Source: Chloroflexota bacterium (lineage in GTDB: Bacteria > Chloroflexota > Limnocylindria > QHBO01). From it: a DNA stretch of 61,044 nucleotides. Shown here one piece after another: positions 27,634-36,400 of this stretch (the stretch's first letter is position 1; each line of letters opens with the position of its first letter). The notes beneath the pieces are model-generated. The model did no database searches. It was not told the origin of the DNA and worked only from the letters and a program-made list of their open reading frames with translations. The DNA lies in the NCBI GenBank assembly GCA_024636135.1, contig JAGXHP010000039.1, forward strand, positions 1 through 61,044, read 5' to 3'. A program made the translations under genes and the position numbers.

Positions 27634-28518
27634 ATGGTCGGTCGCCTGCGCCGATCCCTGCTTGCCTGGTATGACGCCGAGCATCGCGACTTCCCGTGGC
27701 GCTCCACCCGGGACCCGTATGCGGTGCTGGTCAGCGAGGTGATGCTGCAGCAGACCCAGGCCGCTCGCGTCGTGGAGCGCTTTCCTCGGTTCCTGGCGCG
27801 CTTCCCGAGCGTCGAGGCTCTGGCGTCGGCGTCGACCGCCGAGGTCCTGGCGGCGTGGAGTGGACTCGGCTACAACCGGCGCGCACTGGCGCTGCAGCGG
27901 GCCGCCGCCACCGTGACCCAGCATGGCTGGCCGCGGGACGTCGCCGGCCTTGCCCGCCTCGCCGGCGTCGGACCATACACGGCGCGCGCCGTCGCCTCGC
28001 TGGCCTTCGACGTTCCGGTCGGGGTCGTCGACACCAACGTGCGACGCTGGCTTCTGCGGCGCATCGGCGGACCCGATCGACCGGCCACGCTGCAGGCCAC
28101 GGCCGATGCCCTCGCGGCTCCCGGGCAGGGGGGCGACGTCGCGGCATGGACCCACGCCACGATGGAGTTCGGGGCTTCCATCTGCCGAGCGCGCAGCCCT
28201 CGCTGCGACATCTGCCCGGTCGCCTCGGGCTGTCCGTCCCGCGGCGTCGCGGCGAGGATCGCAGTACCCCGCCAGGCGGCGCTGCGGGGGAGCAGCCGCG
28301 CGTACCGCGGGGCGGTGCTGCGCGTCCTCACGGCCACCGATGGGCGCGCGCTGCCCGCAACCCTCCTCCGCCGCGAGCTCTCGGCGCAGTCGCAGCGCAT
28401 CGGCCCCCGACTGGGTGAGGCAGAGTGGCGGGCCATCCTCGGTGGCCTCGAACACGACGGGCTCATCCATCAGCGGGAGGGAATCGTCCGGCTGGGCACC
28501 GCTACAATCGAGGCATGA
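27634..28518 (+). CDS. MutY-like HhH-GPD adenine DNA glycosylase with 4Fe-4S loop, lacking the Nudix-like C-domain
   Basis: The catalytic Glu context is VSEVMLQQTQ and the Asp context is VVDTNVRR. The HhH motif is LAGVGPYTARAV. The cluster loop is C-x6-C-x2-C-x5-C (CRARSPRCDICPVASGC). The C-terminal 80 aa look winged-helix-like rather than MutT-like. The start is the Met at 27634. Confidence 0.75.
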   Translation: MVGRLRRSLLAWYDAEHRDFPWRSTRDPYAVLVSEVMLQQTQAARVVERFPRFLARFPSVEALASASTAEVLAAWSGLGYNRRALALQRAAATVTQHGWPRDVAGLARLAGVGPYTARAVASLAFDVPVGVVDTNVRRWLLRRIGGPDRPATLQATADALAAPGQGGDVAAWTHATMEFGASICRARSPRCDICPVASGCPSRGVAARIAVPRQAALRGSSRAYRGAVLRVLTATDGRALPATLLRRELSAQSQRIGPRLGEAEWRAILGGLEHDGLIHQREGIVRLGTATIEA

Positions 28519-29030
28519 CCGCAACGATTGCCGCCGGTGACGCGCTGCCCTCGGTGGGCCTGCGAGCCACGGACAGATTCCTTCTCAACCTGCGCAGCCA
28601 GGTCACCAAGCAGCCCTCGCTGCTCGTCTTCTTCGGCGCACCGACCCTCCAGGGCGCGGGCCGGCGGCGCGGCCTCAAAGCCGTCGAGGCCCTCGTGGCC
28701 GGGCACGGCCGCCTGCACGAAGCCGGTATCGCCGTCTACGGCGTCAGCTGCGACTCCGAGGAGCAGCAGACCGCGTTCGCGGAGGAGCACGAGCTGCCGT
28801 TCCTGCTCCTGAGCGACGAACGCCGCAGCGCCGTGGAGATGCTCGGCATCGAGACCGTCGCCTCCGGCGCCAACGTGAACGTCGAGCGGCCGGTGGCCAT
28901 CGCGGCCGACATCGACGGAGTCGTGCGCGCCGTCCTCATCGGCTTCGAGCCGGACATGCTGGTGGATGGCGTGATCCGGGCCCTCTCGGAGCCGATCCCC
29001 GCCGCCGAAGACGCCTCGACCGGCTCGTAG
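28515..29030 (+). CDS. Thioredoxin-fold AhpC/TSA(Bcp)-like protein lacking the peroxidatic cysteine
   Basis: The ATG overlaps the upstream stop codon (ATGA). SLLVFFGAPTLQGAG occupies the place of the FYPxxxTxxC motif. The segment VYGVSCDSEEQQTAFAEEHELPFLLLSD is Bcp-like. Confidence 0.55.
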   Translation: MTATIAAGDALPSVGLRATDRFLLNLRSQVTKQPSLLVFFGAPTLQGAGRRRGLKAVEALVAGHGRLHEAGIAVYGVSCDSEEQQTAFAEEHELPFLLLSDERRSAVEMLGIETVASGANVNVERPVAIAADIDGVVRAVLIGFEPDMLVDGVIRALSEPIPAAEDASTGS

Positions 29031-29037
29031 CGCAGCG

Positions 29038-30063
29038 GTGCGCGCCGTCCGCTTCCACGGTCCGGACACCGGCCTGCGCACCGTGGACCTTCCCGCTCCC
29101 GATCCGGTGGGGACGCAGGTGCGCATCCGCGTCGCGGGCTGCGGCGTGTGCCATACCGACCTCCACGTGGTCGACGGCACCCAGACGCGTGTCGTCCCGC
29201 CGGTCACGATGGGACACGAGGTCGCCGGCTGGATCGATGCCCTCGGGCCGGACGTGACGGACGCGCCGCCGATCGGCACGCCCGTGGTCGTCTTCGGGGG
29301 CTGGGGCTGCGGTGACTGCCGCGAGTGTCGCGCCGGAGCCGAGCAGCGCTGCCGCGAGTCGGTCGCACCCGGCTTCCAGGCCGATGGCGGCTACGCATCG
29401 GCGATGCTCGTCCCGCATCCGCGTCACCTGGTCACGCTGTCCACGCTCGATCCCATCCACGCGGCGCCCCTCGCCGATGCCGGAATCACGCCGTATCGCG
29501 CCGTGACGCGCGCGGAGCCCTGGCTTCGGAGGGATGCGCGGGTCCTCGTCATCGGGTGCGGCGCCCTGGGGCAGTTCGCGCTCCAGTATCTGCGGTTGCT
29601 GCCGGCCCACGGGCCCTCCCTGTCCATCACCGTTCGCGAGCGGAACCCCGCCCGTCTCGAGCGAGCGACCGAGCTCGGAGCCGACGCCGTCCAGCTGGGG
29701 GGGACCGATGAGCCCTCCGCGACCTTCGACATCGTCCTGGATTTCGTCGGCTCAGCGGAGACGCTCGCGTCGGCGGCAGCGGCGCTCGGCCCCGATGGCC
29801 TGGCGATGCTGGTCGGTGAAGCCGGCGGGGCGATTCCGTTCGGATTCGACCATGTGCCGATCGAGTCGTGGCTGACCACGACGGCCTGGGGCTCTGCCGG
29901 CGACCTGCGCGACGTCGTGCGCCTGGCCGAGGAGGGTCGCATCACCTGGTCGACGGAGCGCGTCTCCCTCGAGGACGCGGTGGAGGCGCATCGGCGGCTG
30001 CGGGCCGGAGACGTGGAGGGCCGGCTCGTCCTGGTGCCGGGTGCCGAGGACGGGCGGGCCTAG
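29038..30063 (+). CDS. Zinc-dependent alcohol dehydrogenase (MDR family)
   Basis: 341 aa with a GTG start. The catalytic Zn motif is GVCHTDLHVVDG, the structural Zn motif is GCGDCRECRAG, and the Rossmann motif is GCGALGQFA. Confidence 0.8.
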   Translation: MRAVRFHGPDTGLRTVDLPAPDPVGTQVRIRVAGCGVCHTDLHVVDGTQTRVVPPVTMGHEVAGWIDALGPDVTDAPPIGTPVVVFGGWGCGDCRECRAGAEQRCRESVAPGFQADGGYASAMLVPHPRHLVTLSTLDPIHAAPLADAGITPYRAVTRAEPWLRRDARVLVIGCGALGQFALQYLRLLPAHGPSLSITVRERNPARLERATELGADAVQLGGTDEPSATFDIVLDFVGSAETLASAAAALGPDGLAMLVGEAGGAIPFGFDHVPIESWLTTTAWGSAGDLRDVVRLAEEGRITWSTERVSLEDAVEAHRRLRAGDVEGRLVLVPGAEDGRA

Positions 30064-30806
30064 CTCCCGAGAAGCCGGGAGATCAGGCCCTTGCGCTCCT
30101 CGGCCCGCGCGAAGAAGGGGGCGGCGGTGGCGTCATACATCTCCCGCAGGGCCGGCGCGCGAAGGTCGGTGACCGCCAACAGCCGCCGCGAGCCGAGGTG
30201 CTCGGTCGCGACCGCATGGAGGCGGTTGCGCACCGCGTCGAAGTCAGCGAGCAGGGCGTCGGGATGGAGCATGACACCGGCGGTCCAGGCAGATCCCGCC
30301 CGCAGCAGCCACGCGCGCTCCACGTGATGCAGCTCCGTGAGCGCCGCATGCAGCTCGCGTCCGAACGGCTCGGGAATCTGCTCCGGGACCTCGAGCGCCG
30401 GCAGGTCGCCCAGTGGCCGCCGGGCGCGCATGGCGTCCGGACGATTCGGATCGATGCCCGAAGCCAGGAACGGAAGGACGCCGAGCGCGATCTCGATCTG
30501 CGTCGGCGCACCCGGATCCACGACCACGCGCTCCTGGGCCGCATCGGCGCGCTCGAACAGACCGCGCGCCGCCAGACGGATGGTGTCGCTCCCCGCAGGC
30601 CCGTACTCGGCCATCGATGCCGGCGACGTGAATGCCGCGATGAACCGTTCATCCGCCTCATCGGTGCCATGCCGGAAGGCGTCCGCGCCCAACAGTTGAG
30701 GATCGGGGGTCGAGCCGGACGATGAGCGGATCGGGATCACGAGGTCGGCGTCGAGCAGCGCGTCCAGGCGCGCCGCATCCGGCGGGACCGGGCCTTCGGT
30801 GTTCAT
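30060..30806 (-). CDS. SseB-family-like protein (function unknown)
   Basis: 248 aa. It has an N-terminal block (...FIAAFTSPASM...) and a C-terminal block (VERAWLL...) reminiscent of the SseB N and C domains. The ATG overlaps the gltX stop codon (ATGA). Confidence 0.4.
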   Translation of the reverse strand: MNTEGPVPPDAARLDALLDADLVIPIRSSSGSTPDPQLLGADAFRHGTDEADERFIAAFTSPASMAEYGPAGSDTIRLAARGLFERADAAQERVVVDPGAPTQIEIALGVLPFLASGIDPNRPDAMRARRPLGDLPALEVPEQIPEPFGRELHAALTELHHVERAWLLRAGSAWTAGVMLHPDALLADFDAVRNRLHAVATEHLGSRRLLAVTDLRAPALREMYDATAAPFFARAEERKGLISRLLGS

Positions 30807-32296
30807 CCGGCCGCCACCGGAAGCTTGCGCAATGCCGCTTCGACACGCGCCATGGAACGGTCGCGACCGAGCAGCTCGAGCGATGCGAAGAGGGGTGGCG
30901 ATACGGTTCGACCCGTCACCGCAACGCGGATCGGCGAGAAGAAGTCGCCGGCCTTCATGCCGGCATCATCCGCCGCCTCGCGGCAGCGTTGCTCGAGCAG
31001 ATCAGCCGCGAAGTCCGCGTCATCGAGCTCGGTGAGCACGACCAGGGCGCGCTCCAGGGCCGCGCGCGCCTCGTCCGGACCGCCCTTCTTCGGGTGGAGC
31101 AGATCGGGGCCATACCACGCCGCGACGACATCGTCGGGCTCCCACACGAATCCGATCAGGTCGGGGACGTCACCGAGCTTGACCAGGCGCTCCTTGATGA
31201 GCGGGACGACGAGCAGGAGGTCATCGTCGGCGATCGCATCGGGAACCCAGGGCCGGAGACGCAGGGCGAGCTGCTCGTCGGACAGCGCGCGGATGTAGAC
31301 GCCGTTCAGGTGGTCGAGCCGGTCCCGATCGAAGATCGCCCCGCCCTTGTGGACCTTCGCGAGGTCGAACCGCTCGGTGAGCTCATCCAGCGTGAAGATC
31401 TCCTCCTCGGTGCCGGGCGACCATCCCAGGAAGGCGAGGAAGTTGACGAATGCCTCGGGCAGATAGCCCTCCTCGCGGTAGGCGGTGATCGAGGTCTGGG
31501 ACTTCCGCTTGCTCATCTTCGACCGGTCGGGGTTGAGAATGAGCGGGATGTGGCCGAAGCGGGGCTCCCGGTAGCCGAGGGCGCGGATGAGGGCGATGTG
31601 CTTCGGCGTGTTGCTGAGGTGATCCTCACCGCGGATCACGTGCGTGATCTCCATCGCCTCGTCGTCGACGACCACGACGAAGTGATACAGCGGTGACCCG
31701 TCGTTTCGGACGAGGACGAAGTCGCCCAGCAGCGAGTTGTCGAACTCGACCTCGCCGCGCACGAGGTCGTCGAAGCGGATCGTCTCGGGTTCGACGCGGA
31801 ACCGGATGACCGATGGGCGGTTGGCGGTCTCGAAGGCTGCGCGCTCCGCGTCCGACAGATTCAGGCAGCGCCGGTTGTAGCGCGGGGGCTCCTTCGCCTG
31901 CTCCTGATGCCGCCGAACCGCATCCAGCTCCTCGGGCGTGCACCAGCATCGATAGGCGGATCCCGAGGCGAGAAGCCGATCCGCCTCGCGGGCGTAGCGC
32001 TCCATCCGGTCCTGCTGCCGATACGGCCCGAAGGCCCCGACCTCGTCGCCGCCCGCGACCTGCGGGCCCTCGTCCCAGGTGATGCCGAGCCAGTGGAGGT
32101 TGTCGATGATGTCGTGTTCGAATTCAGCCGTGCTGCGAGCGACATCGGTGTCCTCGATGCGCAGCACGTACGTCCCGCCGGCGTGGCGGGAGGCCAGGTA
32201 GTTGAAGAGGCTGGTGCGTGCGGTGCCGATATGGAGTGGCCCGGTCGGGCTCGGCGCCATTCGGACTCGCATCGGCCGGTCCGATGCCTGTGTCAT
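30803..32296 (-). CDS. gltX: Glutamate--tRNA ligase
   Basis: 497 aa. The HIGH motif is PSPTGPLHIGTART and the KMSKS motif is KMSKRK. Confidence 0.9.
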   Translation of the reverse strand: MTQASDRPMRVRMAPSPTGPLHIGTARTSLFNYLASRHAGGTYVLRIEDTDVARSTAEFEHDIIDNLHWLGITWDEGPQVAGGDEVGAFGPYRQQDRMERYAREADRLLASGSAYRCWCTPEELDAVRRHQEQAKEPPRYNRRCLNLSDAERAAFETANRPSVIRFRVEPETIRFDDLVRGEVEFDNSLLGDFVLVRNDGSPLYHFVVVVDDEAMEITHVIRGEDHLSNTPKHIALIRALGYREPRFGHIPLILNPDRSKMSKRKSQTSITAYREEGYLPEAFVNFLAFLGWSPGTEEEIFTLDELTERFDLAKVHKGGAIFDRDRLDHLNGVYIRALSDEQLALRLRPWVPDAIADDDLLLVVPLIKERLVKLGDVPDLIGFVWEPDDVVAAWYGPDLLHPKKGGPDEARAALERALVVLTELDDADFAADLLEQRCREAADDAGMKAGDFFSPIRVAVTGRTVSPPLFASLELLGRDRSMARVEAALRKLPVAAG

Positions 32297-32302
32297 GGGC
32301 CG

Positions 32303-32308
32303 ATGCTA
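32303..32308 (-). promoter_or_regulatory. -10 box TAGCAT, leaderless gltX
   Basis: On the minus strand, TAGCAT lies 6 nt upstream of the ATG at 32296. Confidence 0.4.
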
Positions 32309-32390
32309 GCAGCCCGACGGCAAGGGGTATTCAGCGCGCTCGGGCGCTCCTATCATCGGCACATCAGGACTCACGCCGGAGGCACCGACT

Positions 32391-32831
32391 ATGGCCACGC
32401 ATGACAACAAGGAGAGAATCCGCCCCGAGGATCTGTACGACCAGTTTCCTCGCGGCGACGAGGCAGGGTTCGGGCCCGCGGAGGGGTACAACCGCTTCGT
32501 CCGCCTCAACGACCCGAACCTGTTCACCGAGGAGGCGCGACAGGATCCGGTGATCCGCCAGTTCCTGGATGCGCCGTTCAGCGTGACCTACGTCCAGTTC
32601 AAGAGCAGCCACCGAGAGTCGGAGTACTACCTCCACAAGCCACACCTGGCGATGGCCGGGCTCGTCGAGGGCATTGAAGGCCTGGTCGAGGGCTTTCCGG
32701 GAGAGCGGCCGCGGATCGGAACGTACGTCATCAACCATGACCAGACGCTCGCGTGGCGAGTGACACGAAGTTTGATCATCGAGGACGGCGCCCAGGCAGG
32801 GCAGATGATCCATAAGGAGGCCGGCGCGTAG
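32391..32831 (+). CDS. Hypothetical soluble protein (146 aa), no recognised family
   Basis: GGAGG lies 8 nt upstream of the ATG. The amino-acid composition is balanced (K, E, Y, F, H). The stop codon is 11 nt before the cyclase-STAND gene. Confidence 0.55.
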   Translation: MATHDNKERIRPEDLYDQFPRGDEAGFGPAEGYNRFVRLNDPNLFTEEARQDPVIRQFLDAPFSVTYVQFKSSHRESEYYLHKPHLAMAGLVEGIEGLVEGFPGERPRIGTYVINHDQTLAWRVTRSLIIEDGAQAGQMIHKEAGA

Positions 32832-32842
32832 GCCGATGACCC

Positions 32843-35800
32843 ATGCGATGTCCCGCCTGCGACATCGACAACCCCGAGACCGCCCGGTTCTGCTCCCAGT
32901 GCGGTAGCCGTTTCGGATCAGCCTGCCCTCACTGCCACGCGCCGACGAGTCCGTCAATGCGTTTCTGCATATCCTGTGGCAGCTCGCTCGTCGGCCTGGA
33001 GGGGGAAGCCGCGCCGACGACGCGGCTCGAGCCGCCATCCCAGGCTGAACGGCGACGCGTCTCGGTCCTGTTCGTGGACCTCGAGAACTTCACCGGGCTC
33101 GCCGAGTCGCTCGATCCCGAGGAGGTGCGCAACATTCAGTCGCGCTACTTCGAGATCGCACGTTCGGTGATCGCTCGCTACGGCGGAACCATCGAGAAGT
33201 TCATCGGCGATGCGGTCATGGCCATCTGGGGCGCGCCGATCGCCCACGAGGATGATCCGGACCGCGCCGTCGCCGCGGCGCTCGCCGTGGTCGACGCGGT
33301 CGGCCGTCTCGGAGGCGCCGCCTCGGGCCGGAACCTCAGCGCGCGGGCGGCGGTCACAACCGGCGAGGCGGCGGTCAGCACCGGAGCGTCGAACCAGGGA
33401 ATGGTCGCAGGCGACCTGGTCAATGTCGCGGCGCGGCTCCAGGGACGCGCCCCGACCGGCGGCGTGCTGGTCGACGCGCCGACACGTGAGCTGGCGCAGG
33501 GTGCGGCCACGTTCAAGCGAGTTGGCGCGCTGACCCTCAAGGGCCGGACCGCAAAGCTGCGAGCATTCCGCGCCACGCCCGGCCGACCCGGAGGGGGCAG
33601 CCGCAGGGGTAGCACGCACTCCGGTCCGTTCGTCGGGCGCACACGCGAACTCCGGGAGCTGCGCGAGCTCTTCGCCGGGGTCGCCCGGGAGCGACACAGC
33701 CGCCTCGTGTCCGTCACCGGCATCGCCGGAATTGGGAAGAGCCGCCTGGCATGGGAGCTCCGCGAGCGCCTGGAGGCGGCACCGGAGGAGGTCGCCTGGC
33801 ACGCGGGCCGCGCCCCCGCGTACGGGGACGACATCACTTTCGCCGCGGTGGCCGAGATGGTGCGCCGCCGTGTCCGGGTCTCTGAGGACGTGCCCGCACT
33901 GCTCGCCGGACGCCAGCTGCGTTCCGCGCTCGAAGAGATCGTGCGAGACGAAGCAGAGCGGAAATGGATGGAGCCACGCCTGGGTGTCCTCCTTGACGGC
34001 GACCTCGACGCCGCCTTCGATCGCGACGAGCTGTTCGCCGCGTGGCGACGGTTCTTCGAGCGAGTCTCCGAGCGGACCCCGGCTGTGCTGGTCTTCGAGG
34101 ATCTGCAGTGGGCTGACGAGAGCCTGCTCGACTTCATCGAGCACCTTGCCGCCTGGACGGGCGATCACCCGATCCTGATCCTCGGCCTCGCGCGGCCCGA
34201 ACTGCTCGACCGCCGCCCGTCCTGGGGGGCCGCGATGGGCAGCTTCACGGCGATGCATCTCGACCGCCTGCCAGACTCGAAGATGCGAGAGCTGCTGTCC
34301 GCGCCGGGTCGCGACGTCAGCGGGCCGCTGGTCGAGGAGATCCTCGAGCGGGCTGGCGGCGTGCCGCTCTACGCGGTCGAGGTCGCCCGTATCCTTGGCG
34401 ACCGGGACGCAACGCAACCGCGCGGCGGCGCGACCGGACTGACGATTCCCGACTCCCTCCACAGCCTGATCGCGGCGCGTATCGACGCGCTTCCGCGTCG
34501 CGAGCGGAACGTCCTGCTGGCCGCCGGCCTTCTGGGAAGGCGGTTTACCGCGGACGCGATGGCGGCGCTTGTCCCGATCGATGCGACCGCGCTCCGCGCG
34601 CTCCTCGAGTCGCTCGTTCGCCGCGAGCTCCTGTCGGTCGACGACGAGATCGGCTCGCCCGGCAGCGGCGTGTTCGAATTCGTGCAGGATCTGGTGCGTG
34701 AGGTGGCCTATCGGACGCTCGCGCGTGGAGAGCGGAGACGCCTGCACCTCGCTGCGGCGCGACATTTCGAGTCGAGGGACGAGGACGATCTGGCGGATTC
34801 GCTCGCGTACCACCTCGTCGAGGCTCACCGGCTGGCACCAACCCACGCAGACGCACCCCGGGTGGCTCGGAGAGCAGTTGCAGCGCTGCGCCGGGCGGCC
34901 CGCGGTGCGGTCCGGCTTCATCTCGCGCAGCGTGCGCTGACGCAGCTGAACCGGGCCCTCGAGCTGAACCAGCTGCCGGAGCAGCGCCTCATCCTGCTGG
35001 ACGAGGCGGCCGCGGCGGCGCGAGCCGCGGGTGACCTCGAAGCCGCGGAGCGCCACCTTCGGGAACTTCTCGGCCTGCTGCCGGCCAGCGACGTCCCCGA
35101 CCGAGTGGCGAGGGCACGCGCCCAGCTTGCGAGCGTACTGCTCACGTCACAGCGCAGCGACAGTGCCCTGCGCGAGCTCGAAGATGCCGTGGGTGCCATC
35201 GACGACCTTGGTGCGGATGCTGCGGCCGTGGAGCTTGCCGCGCAGCTGGCGAGGGCGCGGATGCTCACCGGCGATCACGAGGCAAGCATTGCCTGGGCCG
35301 AGCGCGCCATGGATGCGGCGACCCGTCTCGGGCTGGAGACCATCGGCGCCGACCTGCTCATCACGCGCGGAACGGCACGGTTCCGGATGGGCCATGAGGC
35401 CGATGGCCTTGCCGACCTCGACGCAGCCGTGACGGCCGCCGCGCGCTCCGGTGCGCTCGCCGTGGAGCTCCGAGGACGCAACAACCTCGCGTGGCTCTCC
35501 GTTGCGGAAGACCCGCGAACGACGTTCCGCACCGCCCGCGAAGGGTATGACCTCGCCAGGGCGATGGGGGTCGGCGAGCTCGTGGGTCAGCTGGCGGACG
35601 TGGCGTGCGCGGCGGCCATCGACACCGGGGATTGGGGCTGGGCACTCGAGACGGCCGCGGCGCTGGATACGGGGACCCTGAGCAGCGAGTTCCGCTTTGA
35701 CCTCGGCGCTACGGTCGCGACGATCCACGCGCTGCAGGGCGATGCCCATCCGTTGGACGCAATCGAAGCCCTGCCACCGTCCGAGCGGACGTTGGATCGC

Positions 35801-36400
35801 GAGGTCAGTGCCGGCATCCTCCACGCGCGAGCGTGGGCGGCCTTCGCGGCCGGCTCCTTCGAGGACGCACACGACCTGGCTGTGGAGGCGGCTGATGGGG
35901 CCGGCGGCGCTGAGCGGGCGCAGCGCTGGATCCTCGCCACGCGCGCCGCGCTGTGGCAAAGGGACGCCGACCGGGCCGCCGCCGCCCTGCGCGCACTGAA
36001 GAAGATCTCCGCGTCGGGACGAACGATCCGGGCTGCCTCTGCGACCCTCGCCGCGGGGCTGCTGGCCGTGCGGAACCGCGTTGGAGCGGTTCGGGCATTT
36101 GACCGGGCCATCGCCGAATGGCGCGAGCTCGACCTCCCGCTGCACCTGGGACTCGCCCTCCTTGACGCCGGCCGTCTGCTGGATGACGGCACACGCGACA
36201 TGGATGAGGCGCGCGCCATCCTCACCGACATGGGCGCCCAAGGGCTTTGGGCAGCGGCGCAGACTCCGGCTGGAGTCAGCCCGAAAGCAGGTCGCGGACG
36301 AGCGGCGCGACCGAATCCACCCAGAGCTCGTACTGCAGCCCGGACGGGTGGAGACCGTCATCGGCGATCAGCGACGGATCGTGTGCCGCCAGCCGGCTGA
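32843..36400 (+). CDS. Double zinc-ribbon / class III adenylate-guanylate cyclase / STAND P-loop ATPase / TPR-like protein
   Basis: 1,185 aa. The N-terminus has CPACD..CSQCG..CPHCH..CISCG. The cyclase domain has LFVDLENFTG, EKFIGDAVMAIWG and GDLVNVAARLQ. The Walker A motif is VTGIAGIGKSRLAWEL. The C-terminal region is long and helical-repeat. The last roughly 40 codons are antisense to the SGNH hydrolase gene. Confidence 0.85.
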   Translation: MRCPACDIDNPETARFCSQCGSRFGSACPHCHAPTSPSMRFCISCGSSLVGLEGEAAPTTRLEPPSQAERRRVSVLFVDLENFTGLAESLDPEEVRNIQSRYFEIARSVIARYGGTIEKFIGDAVMAIWGAPIAHEDDPDRAVAAALAVVDAVGRLGGAASGRNLSARAAVTTGEAAVSTGASNQGMVAGDLVNVAARLQGRAPTGGVLVDAPTRELAQGAATFKRVGALTLKGRTAKLRAFRATPGRPGGGSRRGSTHSGPFVGRTRELRELRELFAGVARERHSRLVSVTGIAGIGKSRLAWELRERLEAAPEEVAWHAGRAPAYGDDITFAAVAEMVRRRVRVSEDVPALLAGRQLRSALEEIVRDEAERKWMEPRLGVLLDGDLDAAFDRDELFAAWRRFFERVSERTPAVLVFEDLQWADESLLDFIEHLAAWTGDHPILILGLARPELLDRRPSWGAAMGSFTAMHLDRLPDSKMRELLSAPGRDVSGPLVEEILERAGGVPLYAVEVARILGDRDATQPRGGATGLTIPDSLHSLIAARIDALPRRERNVLLAAGLLGRRFTADAMAALVPIDATALRALLESLVRRELLSVDDEIGSPGSGVFEFVQDLVREVAYRTLARGERRRLHLAAARHFESRDEDDLADSLAYHLVEAHRLAPTHADAPRVARRAVAALRRAARGAVRLHLAQRALTQLNRALELNQLPEQRLILLDEAAAAARAAGDLEAAERHLRELLGLLPASDVPDRVARARAQLASVLLTSQRSDSALRELEDAVGAIDDLGADAAAVELAAQLARARMLTGDHEASIAWAERAMDAATRLGLETIGADLLITRGTARFRMGHEADGLADLDAAVTAAARSGALAVELRGRNNLAWLSVAEDPRTTFRTAREGYDLARAMGVGELVGQLADVACAAAIDTGDWGWALETAAALDTGTLSSEFRFDLGATVATIHALQGDAHPLDAIEALPPSERTLDREVSAGILHARAWAAFAAGSFEDAHDLAVEAADGAGGAERAQRWILATRAALWQRDADRAAAALRALKKISASGRTIRAASATLAAGLLAVRNRVGAVRAFDRAIAEWRELDLPLHLGLALLDAGRLLDDGTRDMDEARAILTDMGAQGLWAAAQTPAGVSPKAGRGRAARPNPPRARTAARTGGDRHRRSATDRVPPAG

